In this document: positions 9,982 through 20,296 of the stretch, one piece after another
How the letters are laid out: the number at the start of each line of letters is the position of its first letter
Numbering within the stretch: position 1 is the first letter of the stretch
IMG/VR virus record: IMGVR_UViG_2595698755_000001
Location: 1 to 64,000 of that record
Origin: a virus
Taxonomy: Duplodnaviria > Caudoviricetes
Strand: one strand, 5' to 3'
DNA: 64,000 nucleotides
Program-made: the position numbers and the translations under genes
Notes under the pieces: model-generated
What the model saw: only the letters and a program-made list of their open reading frames with translations
What the model was told of the DNA's origin: nothing
The model's database searches: none

Positions 9982-10365
9982 ATGATGAAAAGAACATTAA
10001 TAGGTTTGGTTGTTGGTTTATCATTTCTTTTGGTTGCAGTTGCTTGTACAGATACAGAGGTTAAAAAGGAATCAAAACAGGTACAAAAGAAAGAATCAAA
10101 GCCAGAGCCTAAACAAGAAGCCCCTAAGAACGATGGTAAGATAACTAAAACTGAATTTGATGCAGTCCAATCTGGAATGACATATGAAGAGGTAGTAGCA
10201 ATCATAGGAAGTGAAGGAGAAATGTTAAGCGAAGTAGGCTCAAAGGGTGAACAATTTCATAGTGTAATGTATGAATGGAAAGGAACAGGAGATTTTGGAG
10301 CAAATGCAAATTTCACATTCCAAGAAGGTAAGATGGAAATGAAAGCACAATTTGGATTGAAATAA
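9982..10365 (+). CDS. Lipoprotein, DUF3862/BLIP-like domain
   Basis: Lipobox AVAC; GMTYEEVVAIIGSEG...ANFTFQEGK..KAQFGLK. Confidence 0.75.
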   Translation: MMKRTLIGLVVGLSFLLVAVACTDTEVKKESKQVQKKESKPEPKQEAPKNDGKITKTEFDAVQSGMTYEEVVAIIGSEGEMLSEVGSKGEQFHSVMYEWKGTGDFGANANFTFQEGKMEMKAQFGLK

Positions 10366-10372
10366 CTGTTTC

Positions 10373-10397
10373 AGCCCACTTTCTAGTGGGTTTTTTC
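10373..10397 (+). terminator. Intrinsic terminator
   Basis: GCCCACT-TTCT-AGTGGGT followed by a T run. Confidence 0.75.
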
Positions 10398-10508
10398 TTG
10401 TACAACATTTGTACAACCCCTAACATAAAAATTTTAAATTATTGGTAATCGGACAAATACATAAGCACATAAGATAATGATATAACAAACAAACAGGAGC
10501 GTGATACT

Positions 10509-10688
10509 ATGTTAAATGAAGTGATGCATAAGAAGTATGTTAAACGTGTAATGGCTCATGGTGTACCGAAATACAAGGCGAGTGAGATTGTAGCTACTGC
10601 ACTTGAAACAGGTAAAGGAAAGAATATTGATACATACATTAATTATGCTATGACATTAGTGTATGGGTTAGGTTTTAAAGCAAATTAA
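10509..10688 (+). CDS. Small hypothetical protein (59 aa)
   Basis: Read by eye (MLNEVMHKKYVKRV...); AGGAG SD. Confidence 0.6.
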   Translation: MLNEVMHKKYVKRVMAHGVPKYKASEIVATALETGKGKNIDTYINYAMTLVYGLGFKAN

Positions 10689-10777
10689 AATTAATTTTAA
10701 ATGTTAGTCATCATCCCGTTGACAGGTGCATATAATAATGATATAGTCACAAAGACAACAGAAAAGGAGATGTTAAT

Positions 10778-11278
10778 ATGATTGAATTAAAAGATTATGA
10801 GTTAGATGGTATTCTAGACGGTGAAGAGGATGCACTGGAAAGCTTTTATGAATATAATGGTGACACATACATTTGTGATGCAACTACTGAAATAGCAGAT
10901 AATTACATTCCTATCTACAATTACAATGTATGGGAGAATGCTTCTGACATTCAAGAACACATTGAAGAAGCACTGTCAAATGGGTTAGTTGATACTAGTG
11001 GTGATGTGGATTTAATCAAGATATTCCAAGCAGGTTATTACCAGTATTACAGTGAACGTTTAAGCGAGAATCTAGACATATTATGTTACAACTATGTAGC
11101 AAAACTAGTAAATGATTACTTAGATAATGAAGATACAGATTCAATTGATGAAGATGCTATTGAATCACGTATTGAATCAGAAACAGACAGCTATGACCAT
11201 AACAACACATTCGATGCACTAGAAGAGATAGCAAAGACAATCATTGAAGAAATCAAAGAAGAAGAATTTGCAATGTGA
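10778..11278 (+). CDS. Ocr (T7 gp0.3)-like acidic DNA-mimic anti-restriction protein
   Basis: Very D/E-rich; DATTEIADNYIPIY and GLVDTSGDVDLIKIFQA resemble Ocr DAIHMAADNAVPHY and GLMPDTKDVIRILQA (Ocr recalled from memory). Confidence 0.65.
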   Translation: MIELKDYELDGILDGEEDALESFYEYNGDTYICDATTEIADNYIPIYNYNVWENASDIQEHIEEALSNGLVDTSGDVDLIKIFQAGYYQYYSERLSENLDILCYNYVAKLVNDYLDNEDTDSIDEDAIESRIESETDSYDHNNTFDALEEIAKTIIEEIKEEEFAM

Positions 11279-11284
11279 TTCAAT

Positions 11285-11312
11285 CCCTGCTTCGGCAGGG
11301 AAAATCTTTTTT
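11285..11312 (+). terminator. Terminator-like hairpin
   Basis: CCCTGC-TTCG-GCAGGG with a T run shortly downstream. Confidence 0.6.
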
Positions 11313-11382
11313 AGTAATTCGCTTGACAGGAGATAATAAGGTGTGGTATACTAGGTATAACAAAACAAGGGGAGATGATTGA

Positions 11383-11829
11383 ATGGCTAAAATGACAGTT
11401 CGTGAAGCGTTAGATTATGTAGTGAAAGCAAATGGGCAACCGTTCACAGTTGAATTACGTGATAATATATTGAAGTTCTTAACGTTATTACCTCATCATC
11501 CAAGTGAAACTAAATGGTTAGATAAAGGAGCAATCAAGACAGTTCGTGATTATGATTATGGTTGGTATGCAGAGGTTTTAGTTGAAGAGGTTAATGATAA
11601 GCTTGTTGTAGAGGTTATTGATGGAGATAACCTTGACCCTAATCCTAATCGTGTAAAATCAAATGAAGAAGCATTAGCATTGTTACAGGAGTATCGTGAG
11701 ATTAAGTTCGCTAGTGATATTGATGAGTATTGGAATATGAGTGATGACCACAAGTATTGGATAAGAATGAGTGAAATGGATACTAGAGCATTTGCAAAGC
11801 AAGATGAAATAAAAAGAAAACTTGCATAA
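11383..11829 (+). CDS. Hypothetical protein
   Basis: ORF with SD and its own class I promoter (11319-11352). Confidence 0.75.
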   Translation: MAKMTVREALDYVVKANGQPFTVELRDNILKFLTLLPHHPSETKWLDKGAIKTVRDYDYGWYAEVLVEEVNDKLVVEVIDGDNLDPNPNRVKSNEEALALLQEYREIKFASDIDEYWNMSDDHKYWIRMSEMDTRAFAKQDEIKRKLA

Positions 11830-11896
11830 ATCGCTTGACAAGAGCATAAGAATATAGTATACTAAGGGTAACAACAAAACGAGAGGATGATGTTAA

Positions 11897-12241
11897 ATGA
11901 CAAAACAAAGAAGAACGTTCACAGTAATTCGTAAATGGGCAGAGAAAATGGGTTACACAGTTGAGGAAACATGGGCATATGGTGACCAAGATGCAATTCG
12001 TGTTCATGTCAATGATAAACTATCATTTAAGGCTGAAATGAGAAAGAGCACAATTTATCAAAGTATTCGTGGTCAACGTGGTGATTGTGCAGGATTATAT
12101 ATCACAGAGGATATAAAGCATGAAGCAGGTAAAGCGTGGAGAAGAAGCTATGCATTCCACAAACCATCACAGAAGTATGCTATTGAGAGCATGGAATCAG
12201 ATATCAGAAGATGGGAACGTGACAACAAAAAAAATGCTTGA
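11897..12241 (+). CDS. Hypothetical protein
   Basis: ORF with SD and its own class I promoter (11831-11863). Confidence 0.75.
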   Translation: MTKQRRTFTVIRKWAEKMGYTVEETWAYGDQDAIRVHVNDKLSFKAEMRKSTIYQSIRGQRGDCAGLYITEDIKHEAGKAWRRSYAFHKPSQKYAIESMESDIRRWERDNKKNA

Positions 12242-12294
12242 TAAACGCAAAAGATTATGGTATACTTAGTACATAAATAGAGGGAGAGGATGCT

Positions 12295-12459
12295 ATGTCA
12301 ACAATTTTGAATGTGATATTAGGTGGATGGGGAATATTTTGGATGGGTGTAGGAATTAGAGATGTATTTAAAGGATATAAAACAAAAGATAAAATGTTTT
12401 ACTTTCTTTCAGCAATATCCTTTACTATAAGTATCATATTATTAACAGCAATTAAATAG
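12295..12459 (+). CDS. Small membrane protein
   Basis: Read by eye; two hydrophobic segments; GAGAGG SD. Confidence 0.55.
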   Translation: MSTILNVILGGWGIFWMGVGIRDVFKGYKTKDKMFYFLSAISFTISIILLTAIK

Positions 12460-12587
12460 GGAGAGTGATTATTATAAAAAATAAAAATAATAAAAAATCG
12501 CTTGACAAGAGAATGAATAGGGTGTATAATAAAGGTAACAACAAGCACAACAACAAAAAAACTAAAAAAATGACTGGAGTGTTGCGA

Positions 12588-13613
12588 ATGAAAAAAATGC
12601 AAAATCAATTAGTGGAATTATTAAATATACATGGTGTATCTGGTGATGAAAAGGCTGTACGTGATTACTTACTATTCGAACTAGCAACTGAAAAGTTAGT
12701 TGATAGATGTCACATTGATGACTATGGTAACTTATTAGCTGAAAAGACTTATGGTGATGGCAAAGGTGCTACAGTTCTGTTATCTGCTCATATGGATACA
12801 GTGAGAGGTGTTAGAGCAGACAAAGAGTTAATCGTCAAGAATGGAGCAATCAGTGCTCAACTACCAAATGGAGAGAGAGCAATCTTAGGAGCAGATGACA
12901 GAGCAGGTATTGCAATAATACTAACAGTATTACGCAATATGAACAAAGTACGATTCAATGGTAAGATTAAGGTAGCATTCTCAAGAGAAGAAGAAATTGG
13001 ATGTGTAGGGTCTACAAACATAAGAAAACAGTGGTATGATGGAGTAGACCTTGCAATTGTAGTAGACAGAAAGGGTAGCCGAGATATCGTAGTAGGATGT
13101 GGTCAGCCATTCTGCTCAAATGAAGTAGGATTATTCATGCAGGATGTGGCTCAAATGGCTGATTTAGACTTCAAGTGTGTAGAAGGTGGCATTTCAGATG
13201 CATTAACATTCTCAGAAAACGGAATCAACTCTGTTAACTTGTCGGCAGGATATTACAATGAGCATACAGAGAAAGAGTATGTTGTAATATCTGAAATGAA
13301 GCAAACTGTACGTCTTATAATGCAGGTATTCGCAATCATTAATCAATTCTGTCATACATTCAATGAAGTACCAGATGAGAATATGTGGGTAACAAACTGG
13401 TATCCAACAGGAAAATATACAAGCAAATACGATGTGGGATACTTCGAAGATGTATTTATGCAGGACTTGTATGCAGAAGAATTTGATACTCATGGAGATG
13501 TAATGATATATGAAATGGGTGCAGATGTAGTGATTAGTCAAGGCGACAACGAGATTATGCTAACACGTGAATCATTAAAAGGGTTAATTAACCAACTGTC
13601 GGGAAGCCTATAA
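12588..13613 (+). CDS. Zinc metallopeptidase, M20/M28/M42 clan
   Basis: SAHMDTV, GADDRAG, EEIG and YNEH metal-binding motifs; start MKKMQ after GGAG SD. Confidence 0.85.
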   Translation: MKKMQNQLVELLNIHGVSGDEKAVRDYLLFELATEKLVDRCHIDDYGNLLAEKTYGDGKGATVLLSAHMDTVRGVRADKELIVKNGAISAQLPNGERAILGADDRAGIAIILTVLRNMNKVRFNGKIKVAFSREEEIGCVGSTNIRKQWYDGVDLAIVVDRKGSRDIVVGCGQPFCSNEVGLFMQDVAQMADLDFKCVEGGISDALTFSENGINSVNLSAGYYNEHTEKEYVVISEMKQTVRLIMQVFAIINQFCHTFNEVPDENMWVTNWYPTGKYTSKYDVGYFEDVFMQDLYAEEFDTHGDVMIYEMGADVVISQGDNEIMLTRESLKGLINQLSGSL

Positions 13614-13704
13614 TTTTTATAGGTTTCCTGCATCAAACAAACATAAAGCGCATATAATAATGATATAAACAACATCCAGAAGCTTCACACATCCTAGAAG
13701 GGAT

Positions 13705-14043
13705 ATGATGACTATGACAAATATGTTAAAAAGAGAAAGAAAAGTGTATGTGAAAGTAGTAGGGGACAATGAATATGAGGTTTTGAATGAGAATAAAGAA
13801 AAAGTGTATGGAAGCAATGATGATTACTTTATCTATTTCAAAAACGTAAACTTTAGAGCCAATGGTGAAATAGATGGTAGGTATTTAGGTATGGCAAATG
13901 AGAACATGATTGATAATTATTGCGAGAATGTCTCATACGATGAGTTAAATGGTTTTAATATCAAAGGTAATAAAGTACGTACTGCACGTATGGTAGCATT
14001 AAATAATAAGTCTGGTGCGATTATAATTGTATCAAGTCGATAG
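13705..14043 (+). CDS. Hypothetical protein
   Basis: ORF with AAGGGA SD. Confidence 0.65.
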   Translation: MMTMTNMLKRERKVYVKVVGDNEYEVLNENKEKVYGSNDDYFIYFKNVNFRANGEIDGRYLGMANENMIDNYCENVSYDELNGFNIKGNKVRTARMVALNNKSGAIIIVSSR

Positions 14044-14048
14044 GAGAG

Positions 14049-14345
14049 ATGCATATGTGTATGGTAGTTAAACAAAATAAAGCAAACATTGACGGGGTTA
14101 AATCACTTCATAATTACCTGTACGCCCTCACAGAGCCAAATTATGAGTTATTGGAGATATATCACCAGATTGATGAAGAAGTGGATGAGATTGAGACAGA
14201 GATAGCTGAAAAGGAATTTGAAGCCACAGCACAAGATAATTTGGATGATGTACAAAGAGACATAAGAAGTTTAATTGCTGATATTGATAAGTGTGAATTG
14301 TCACCAGAAGATATAAAAGAAGAATTAAAAAGAATTTTATTTTAA
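14049..14345 (+). CDS. Hypothetical acidic protein
   Basis: ORF with AGGAG SD. Confidence 0.65.
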   Translation: MHMCMVVKQNKANIDGVKSLHNYLYALTEPNYELLEIYHQIDEEVDEIETEIAEKEFEATAQDNLDDVQRDIRSLIADIDKCELSPEDIKEELKRILF

Positions 14346-14409
14346 TCGCTTGACAAGAGAAATACATTCATGGTATACTAAGTACAAGAAAACAAAAGGA
14401 GTGTTGCAC

Positions 14410-14814
14410 ATGACAAAACAAACACAAACAGTAAGGTTAATCGAGTTTCACAATCGTCACATTGATGTACTGTTAAAAAGCGGAACAATGATTCCAAATG
14501 TTGCAGTAACAGGAACAGAAGTATTTGATGTTAATCGAGAAAAGCTTCCATCACCTCTAATCATGGGTACTGACAGATGGGGCAATGAACACAGTATCGC
14601 AACTGACAACATTGAAGCGTTTGTATTCCTAGATACAGATGAGCAAGCACGTTTGAGAAGTGCAACATTCCTAGTTGAAACTTATAGCCAAATTCCAAAC
14701 CTTGAAGCAATCTCACCAGAACTTCAAAAGGCGTTAGAGGATTCAAAAGCAATGAAAGCAGAACTTGAAGCAAATGGAGTTACACCATATGTGCCAGTAA
14801 GGGAGGATGTATAA
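14410..14814 (+). CDS. Hypothetical protein
   Basis: Start MTKQT after AAGGAG SD; class I promoter 14346-14379. Confidence 0.7.
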   Translation: MTKQTQTVRLIEFHNRHIDVLLKSGTMIPNVAVTGTEVFDVNREKLPSPLIMGTDRWGNEHSIATDNIEAFVFLDTDEQARLRSATFLVETYSQIPNLEAISPELQKALEDSKAMKAELEANGVTPYVPVREDV

Positions 14815-14815
14815 T

Positions 14816-15277
14816 ATGAAATTGCAATTACTAATTGATAAATTAAATCATGATTTAACTGAAAAATTTAGAGGTGTGAAGTTTACAAATATAGGGACAC
14901 TTCATCTTGAAATTGTAAGACTTACAGATGAAATCCTTCAAAAATATGAAACAGGATTGGAAATAAATTATTGTTGGGATATTCATATCAAAGGTGAGTA
15001 CCATAAAGTAATGAAGTATGATATTGATTATACAGCAGATAAGCGTTACAAATATGAAACTAGGGGCAAAGTACATTTCATCACATTCTCAGCGTTAAAA
15101 GAGATGCCAGAAGATGCTACTGTAGCTGATTTAATCCATGCAATGCAGTTAGATAGCGCAAAAGAGAACTATGAGCGTATGCAGAAGGAAAGACTTGAAA
15201 TACTTGAAGATTTAGCTGTTAACAAAGAAGGTATTGATAGTTTGGCTAAAAAAATCAAAGCATTAGAATCCCGTTAA
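14816..15277 (+). CDS. Hypothetical protein
   Basis: ORF with GGAGG SD. Confidence 0.7.
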   Translation: MKLQLLIDKLNHDLTEKFRGVKFTNIGTLHLEIVRLTDEILQKYETGLEINYCWDIHIKGEYHKVMKYDIDYTADKRYKYETRGKVHFITFSALKEMPEDATVADLIHAMQLDSAKENYERMQKERLEILEDLAVNKEGIDSLAKKIKALESR

Positions 15278-15327
15278 TATACGGGGTTCTAGATACATAA
15301 GAAATATTGATAAAATAACGATTTTAT
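15272..15327. repeat. Extended junction element
   Basis: CGTTAATATACGG arm then ATAAAA-TAACGA-TTTTAT at 15310-15327. Confidence 0.65.
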
Positions 15328-15447
15328 TAAGGAGTTGACATCAAAATGTTCTACACAGACAGTTTAACTTTTGATTTAATTATGACTGTAGGTGTTTTGA
15401 TTATTGGTTTGTTAATGTTCTATATACTATTCAAATTATAAGGAGAG

Positions 15448-15732
15448 ATGCTTATGAAAAAGATTATTGGTGTTGCATTAATAGGATTGACTTTATTAGG
15501 TGCTTGTGAATCACCTGCAAGTAAACAAGAGCCATCAAAAACTAAAACAGAGAAGGAGGAAATGTTAGAACGACTTGAGACTATTGGTTCGGATAGAGTG
15601 GGTAGTTTTATAACTATCTTTAGAGATAAAGAAACAGGTTGTCAATATTTTAATACTGATGGGTCATATGGTGGTATTGTTATTGAGCCTGTACTGACAG
15701 CAGAAGGAAAACCATACTGTCCACAAAAATAA
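15448..15732 (+). CDS. Lipoprotein, DUF6440-like
   Basis: Lipobox LGAC; RDKETGCQY motif. Confidence 0.65.
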   Translation: MLMKKIIGVALIGLTLLGACESPASKQEPSKTKTEKEEMLERLETIGSDRVGSFITIFRDKETGCQYFNTDGSYGGIVIEPVLTAEGKPYCPQK

Positions 15733-15754
15733 TAATATAATGGAGGTTGATATT

Positions 15755-16075
15755 ATGGGAAGACAAATTAGAACTAATGGTGACAAATGGGAAGTATTCT
15801 CTACGGTTACAGATGAAGTTGTAGGCACGTTTGACTCTCAACATGATGTTGCAGTGTGGTTAGCTAATGATGGTCTTTACAGAGCAAAACTGAACGCTAT
15901 AGAAACACTAATGACATTCCCTGCACGATGGACTATTGATGATAAATATCAGAATGGTAGTGGCAAAAAATATTACTCATGGCTTGATAGTTTATATGCT
16001 AGGTCAGAGAATGGTGAGAATTGGTATCAACTGGTTGATGATAAATTGGAAGAATTAATGAAAGGGGAACGATAA
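15755..16075 (+). CDS. Hypothetical protein
   Basis: GGAGG SD. Confidence 0.65.
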   Translation: MGRQIRTNGDKWEVFSTVTDEVVGTFDSQHDVAVWLANDGLYRAKLNAIETLMTFPARWTIDDKYQNGSGKKYYSWLDSLYARSENGENWYQLVDDKLEELMKGER

Positions 16076-16297
16076 TATGGAAAATATTTTAGCAACTTTA
16101 ATTACTATGGGTGGTATTGTGGGAATTGGTCTATTGACAGGTGTTTTAAAAATTAAGGTTTTAAGTATAAGTAAAGAAGAAAGAAAACAAGGAAAAGGTG
16201 GTTTATATATCAACGGTAGAAAAATATTTAAATAACAGTAATAATTCGCTTGCCAAGAGAGTATAAATGTAGTATACTATAACTAAGGAGGGACAAC

Positions 16298-16588
16298 ATG
16301 ATACGCTACAGAGAGGTCATAATTGATGAAATCTTGACAGCACATGTTACCGAATTGTCATATGGGTTTGACGGTTGTGTTAAAGTATACTGGGTACATT
16401 GTCACCCTATCATTGATGCAATACATTGTGATTTGAGTGGCAAAACAACAGGTAAGGGTGTTAAAAATAACTTGCAAGTCATTATGGATGCAATACACTT
16501 GATGAAAGGTAAGAAAGCTAGAAAGTTAAAAGCCTTACATCAAAAGGGTAATGTAGTCTATCTTGACCGATGGGAGGACGAAAAATGA
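16298..16588 (+). CDS. Hypothetical protein
   Basis: AAGGAGG SD; class I promoter 16246-16278. Confidence 0.65.
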   Translation: MIRYREVIIDEILTAHVTELSYGFDGCVKVYWVHCHPIIDAIHCDLSGKTTGKGVKNNLQVIMDAIHLMKGKKARKLKALHQKGNVVYLDRWEDEK

Positions 16589-16821
16589 TTACATTTGAAG
16601 AAGCGGTTATCTTATTGGAAGCTGATATGGAAGTTACTTTAGAGTGTGATGGTTATGATTATGAAATAGCACCTGCTGATGGATTTGTTGGTGGAGATGG
16701 TATGGAAGGTTGGATTAGTGTAGCACTAGGTAATGTGGTTTATGATGATGCAGAGCGTGTTTTAAGAGAATCTATTAAATTCTTATCATCTGATGGTAAA
16801 GAAGTAGGAATCAGAGCCTAA
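16585..16821 (+). CDS. Hypothetical acidic protein
   Basis: GGAGG SD; ATGA overlap with upstream gene. Confidence 0.65.
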   Translation: MITFEEAVILLEADMEVTLECDGYDYEIAPADGFVGGDGMEGWISVALGNVVYDDAERVLRESIKFLSSDGKEVGIRA

Positions 16822-16835
16822 ACATAAAGGGAGGA

Positions 16836-17072
16836 ATGTATATGAAACGTATAAACAAAACAGAAAAGAACCTCAGAACTGTCTGGAATCAATTAGATAA
16901 TGCAAGTGGTGAATTATATAACGCTATACACAATCTCTCTCAAATGACTGATATCACAGGTCAAATGCAACGTCAAATGGATATGATTGATGTGTCTCGA
17001 ATTGATATGTTGAAACAAGAACTGGAAGCCATTATGGAAGCTAAAGGTGTTAAAATATATGAGCAAGACTGA
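16836..17072 (+). CDS. Hypothetical protein
   Basis: GGAGG SD. Confidence 0.6.
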   Translation: MYMKRINKTEKNLRTVWNQLDNASGELYNAIHNLSQMTDITGQMQRQMDMIDVSRIDMLKQELEAIMEAKGVKIYEQD

Positions 17073-17206
17073 TTTAATTCTCAGACTACATGAAGAGATT
17101 GCAAAAGCTGAACGTAGACAATTACCGAATGCAACCAAACCTAGCGGTTGCATGAGGGGTCTACTGAAAGCTATTGAAATAATAGAAAATCATAAGGAGT
17201 GATTGA

Positions 17207-17434
17207 ATGAAAAGAAAACGTGTAGATTTATATTCTGTCCTTACTCGTAATGGGTATAAAATGCCACGATATTCTGATATAGTGGGTGTAAGAGGTGACA
17301 TATTCAGATTCTTAAATGAGCAGGTTGGATTAAGTAATGATTTAACTACATGTCTAGCAACTTATTCTGACAGTCAGTGGATTAAATTGGCTAGTAGGCT
17401 TAGAAAGCATGGACACGTAAGGGAGGTTGTCTGA
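17207..17434 (+). CDS. Hypothetical protein
   Basis: AAGGAG SD. Confidence 0.6.
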   Translation: MKRKRVDLYSVLTRNGYKMPRYSDIVGVRGDIFRFLNEQVGLSNDLTTCLATYSDSQWIKLASRLRKHGHVREVV

Positions 17435-17670
17435 TGGATTTATATAAAACAGACCTCATAAGAAAGCTTGAAAAGTTTAGAAGTAAAGCATGTTGTCAGC
17501 ATACATTATATCAAGCACACAATCTATGGACACAAGTTAAAGACCATCTTACAAAGCAACAGCAGTTAGATATAAGGGATGCATGGCATCATGCTAGGAT
17601 GGATAGCAACAAGGGAAATAAAGTGCTTCACGACACTGTGAATGCTGTTATTAAAGAGATAAAGGGATAA
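17434..17670 (+). CDS. Hypothetical protein
   Basis: GGAGG SD; stop codon lies inside a junction element. Confidence 0.6.
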   Translation: MDLYKTDLIRKLEKFRSKACCQHTLYQAHNLWTQVKDHLTKQQQLDIRDAWHHARMDSNKGNKVLHDTVNAVIKEIKG

Positions 17671-17698
17671 AAGAAATCTTTTATTAAGGAGGGGTTAT

Positions 17699-17863
17699 AT
17701 GAACAAAGAAGACAAAGAACAAAAAGAGTCAATAGAAGCGTGTGAGCAAGCTATAGGTAGAGAATTAACAATCGAAGAACGTATGATATTTGGCATGGCT
17801 TATCATTGTGGTAGACAGGATGGAATAAAGGTAGTAGAAGATAAAGTCAATGGATTTGATTGA
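17699..17863 (+). CDS. Small cassette-like gene (54 aa)
   Basis: Read by eye (MNKEDKEQK...); fills the interval between two junction sites. Confidence 0.6.
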   Translation: MNKEDKEQKESIEACEQAIGRELTIEERMIFGMAYHCGRQDGIKVVEDKVNGFD

Positions 17864-17896
17864 ATAAAAGGATTGTTTTATGAAAGGAGTGATTTG

Positions 17897-18049
17897 ATGA
17901 AAATTATAAAGAAAATAATCTGTTATTTTAAAGGTCATAAGACAGGGTTTTATGTTCATGATTTCGGTGAACAAGAAGGTCTTTATGGTGAAAGGTATAA
18001 AGATACAATGTATTGCAAGAGATGTGGTTATGGAGATTTGAGAGGTTGA
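17897..18049 (+). CDS. Small cassette-like gene (50 aa), C/H-rich
   Basis: MKIIKKIICYFKGHK...YCKRCG; lies between two junction sites. Confidence 0.6.
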   Translation: MKIIKKIICYFKGHKTGFYVHDFGEQEGLYGERYKDTMYCKRCGYGDLRG

Positions 18050-18241
18050 TAAAATTTTAGTTTGATACAGGAGGGTAGATATATGAGTATGACTGTAGCT
18101 GTTTTATTAGGTGCTCTTTGGGCTTTTAGTTGTATTGGAATAGGTTATTTCATAGCATGGTTTGAAGATAGAAAATAAAGTGTTGACAAGCACCAAGATT
18201 AATGGTATAATAAACTTATCAAAGAAAAGGGAGATGGTTGA

Positions 18242-18616
18242 ATGAAGAAAAAAGCATACGTATTACTTAAAGGTGACAAAATGATTGGAAAGTTCCATAA
18301 CAGTAAAAGAGCAGTTAAGAAAAATTATCCAAAGCAAGTTGTTAAAGATGGTTATTCAATTGGAGTATTCACTTTCAGTCATTCAGAAGACCCAAAAGTG
18401 GTTGATACAATCACATTATACACTGATTACATGGGAGTTAATCATTGTAAGCGTGGTGATGCATTCTACGCTGTAGATGGTAACTATAGAACAGATATGT
18501 CTCCATTCTACAAATTAGAAGTTAACGAGGAAGATGTTGAAAAGTCTAGTTATGAAAGATATTTCATCAAAAATACTGATTCTGTTGAAATTATTGGTAA
18601 AGAAGAAAAAAATTAA
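18242..18616 (+). CDS. Hypothetical protein
   Basis: SD plus class II promoter at 18183. Confidence 0.65.
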   Translation: MKKKAYVLLKGDKMIGKFHNSKRAVKKNYPKQVVKDGYSIGVFTFSHSEDPKVVDTITLYTDYMGVNHCKRGDAFYAVDGNYRTDMSPFYKLEVNEEDVEKSSYERYFIKNTDSVEIIGKEEKN

Positions 18617-18690
18617 ATACATAATTCGCTTGACAAGAGCATAAAATAATAGTATAATGAAGATACAAACAAAGCGAAGGAGATGGTTGA

Positions 18691-19041
18691 ATGATAATTG
18701 CAAAAGTATTCAAGGATGGTAAATTGGTTGACCAAGGGATTGTAATCAGTGGTAAGAAGTGGGTAGAAGCTTATCCAGAACAATATGTTGAAGTAACAAG
18801 TGACACTCATGATTATGGTAATGGTCGCACTTATAATGTAGCTGATGGTTATCACTTCCAAGAATTGCAAGACAATGGTAACGGTTGGGAAGTTGTCTAT
18901 GACAGTAATGAAAAGATTGACCGAACAGTTGATTATGATTTGCCATCATGGTTTGTAAATGCAACTCCAATTCCAGACTTCTCACACAAGATGGATGAGG
19001 ACGGAAACATCGAAGAAACGTTTCATGGGTACATCAAATAA
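18691..19041 (+). CDS. Hypothetical protein
   Basis: SD plus class I promoter 18626-18658. Confidence 0.65.
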   Translation: MIIAKVFKDGKLVDQGIVISGKKWVEAYPEQYVEVTSDTHDYGNGRTYNVADGYHFQELQDNGNGWEVVYDSNEKIDRTVDYDLPSWFVNATPIPDFSHKMDEDGNIEETFHGYIK

Positions 19042-19419
19042 GAGGGGTTTATCCCCTCTATAAACTAAATAAAAAATCTCTTGACAAGAGAATGAATAGT
19101 ATGTTATAATAAAGTTACAAACAAAAGAGAGGATGTTGTTCAATGACTAAGAAAAAAGAATGTTTAATCTGTGGTAATGACAATAAGAAGGAAATCGAGT
19201 TGCAACCATTATATTCTGATGGGGATGGAAATGATGACATTGAAAAAGAATACGTTTGTAAAGAAGGAAAGGGGTGTTGTTAATGAGAAATTTAAAAGAA
19301 ATGACAATACAGGAATTAGAGAGAGAAATCTTTCATCTTAAACATTTCATGCCAACTGAAAACTTACTACCAATCTATAAGGAATTAGCAAAAAAAAGAA
19401 AAGCTAGAAGGGAGATGGT

Positions 19420-19608
19420 ATGATGGAAAGCAAATTAAAGGTCATTACGAGTGCGTTCGAAAGTATTAAGAGAAATGGTTGGTGCAACATTTACAAAGGT
19501 CACAGCGAGGTAATTGAGTCCTTAAAACAAACATTAACAAGTCTTGATATAGAATATTCAACTCATGATTTAGGTTCGGGAATACAATTCATAGTGAGGG
19601 GAGTTTGA
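19420..19608 (+). CDS. Hypothetical protein
   Basis: ORF with SD. Confidence 0.55.
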   Translation: MMESKLKVITSAFESIKRNGWCNIYKGHSEVIESLKQTLTSLDIEYSTHDLGSGIQFIVRGV

Positions 19609-19612
19609 TAAT

Positions 19613-19876
19613 ATGGGAAAATTTCAAGAGATTCAAAGGAAGTCTGGGTTGGTTGTTACAGAGATTAGAAAGTTCTATGACATGAATAATAATAGAAATT
19701 ATCGAGGATTAAAAATCTACGGTGCATGGGATGATACAATTGCATTACGGTTTAATGATGTAAATAAAGAGGATTTTGAGGGTGGCTTGATTAAACACTT
19801 GAAATCATCCAACATAGCAGAAATTGATTGGACATATGGAGAGTATGGTGAAATTGTTATCTATATTGAGGGATAA
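19613..19876 (+). CDS. Hypothetical protein
   Basis: ORF with SD. Confidence 0.6.
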   Translation: MGKFQEIQRKSGLVVTEIRKFYDMNNNRNYRGLKIYGAWDDTIALRFNDVNKEDFEGGLIKHLKSSNIAEIDWTYGEYGEIVIYIEG

Positions 19877-19889
19877 AGGAGGTAATAAC

Positions 19890-20069
19890 ATGGTTATAAC
19901 TATATCTGGTATTGATAAGTTTACACATGATTCTTTCTTCTATTTTACTGTAGATGTTGATTTAATGAAGGATGATTTCCAATTACATCATGAAGAAAAT
20001 TGTGTAAAGGTTTATATCAATGATGACTATTATGTATCATCTAAAGAAGATTTTGAATTGAGTCGATAA
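19890..20069 (+). CDS. Hypothetical protein
   Basis: AAGGAGG SD, start MVITI. Confidence 0.55.
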   Translation: MVITISGIDKFTHDSFFYFTVDVDLMKDDFQLHHEENCVKVYINDDYYVSSKEDFELSR

Positions 20070-20077
20070 AATAAGGA

Positions 20078-20263
20078 GTGATGTGTATGGGATTCAAACT
20101 AGTTTGCAATACGTGCGGAGAAAGTAGCGATGTTAAATTAGATTTGTTGTTTGGTGCAAAATCTATTGACATAGATGGTAAGGTTGATGTTACAACAGGT
20201 GATTGGGAAATATTAAAAGTAGAATGTGAATGTGGAAATAAACTAGTTAGCGATGAGTTTTAA
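20078..20263 (+). CDS. Small zinc-ribbon-like protein
   Basis: CNTCG ... CECG; ends at junction site 20263-20280. Confidence 0.55.
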   Translation: MMCMGFKLVCNTCGESSDVKLDLLFGAKSIDIDGKVDVTTGDWEILKVECECGNKLVSDEF

Positions 20264-20296
20264 TAAAAGTCTGATTTTATATAGGAGGATGATATT

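Larger units (their letters stand above)
17667..18066. repeat. Three consecutive ATAAAA-N6-TTTTAT junction sites
   Basis: 17667-17684, 17864-17881, 18049-18066 (last has right arm TTTGAT); each followed by SD and ATG. Confidence 0.8.
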
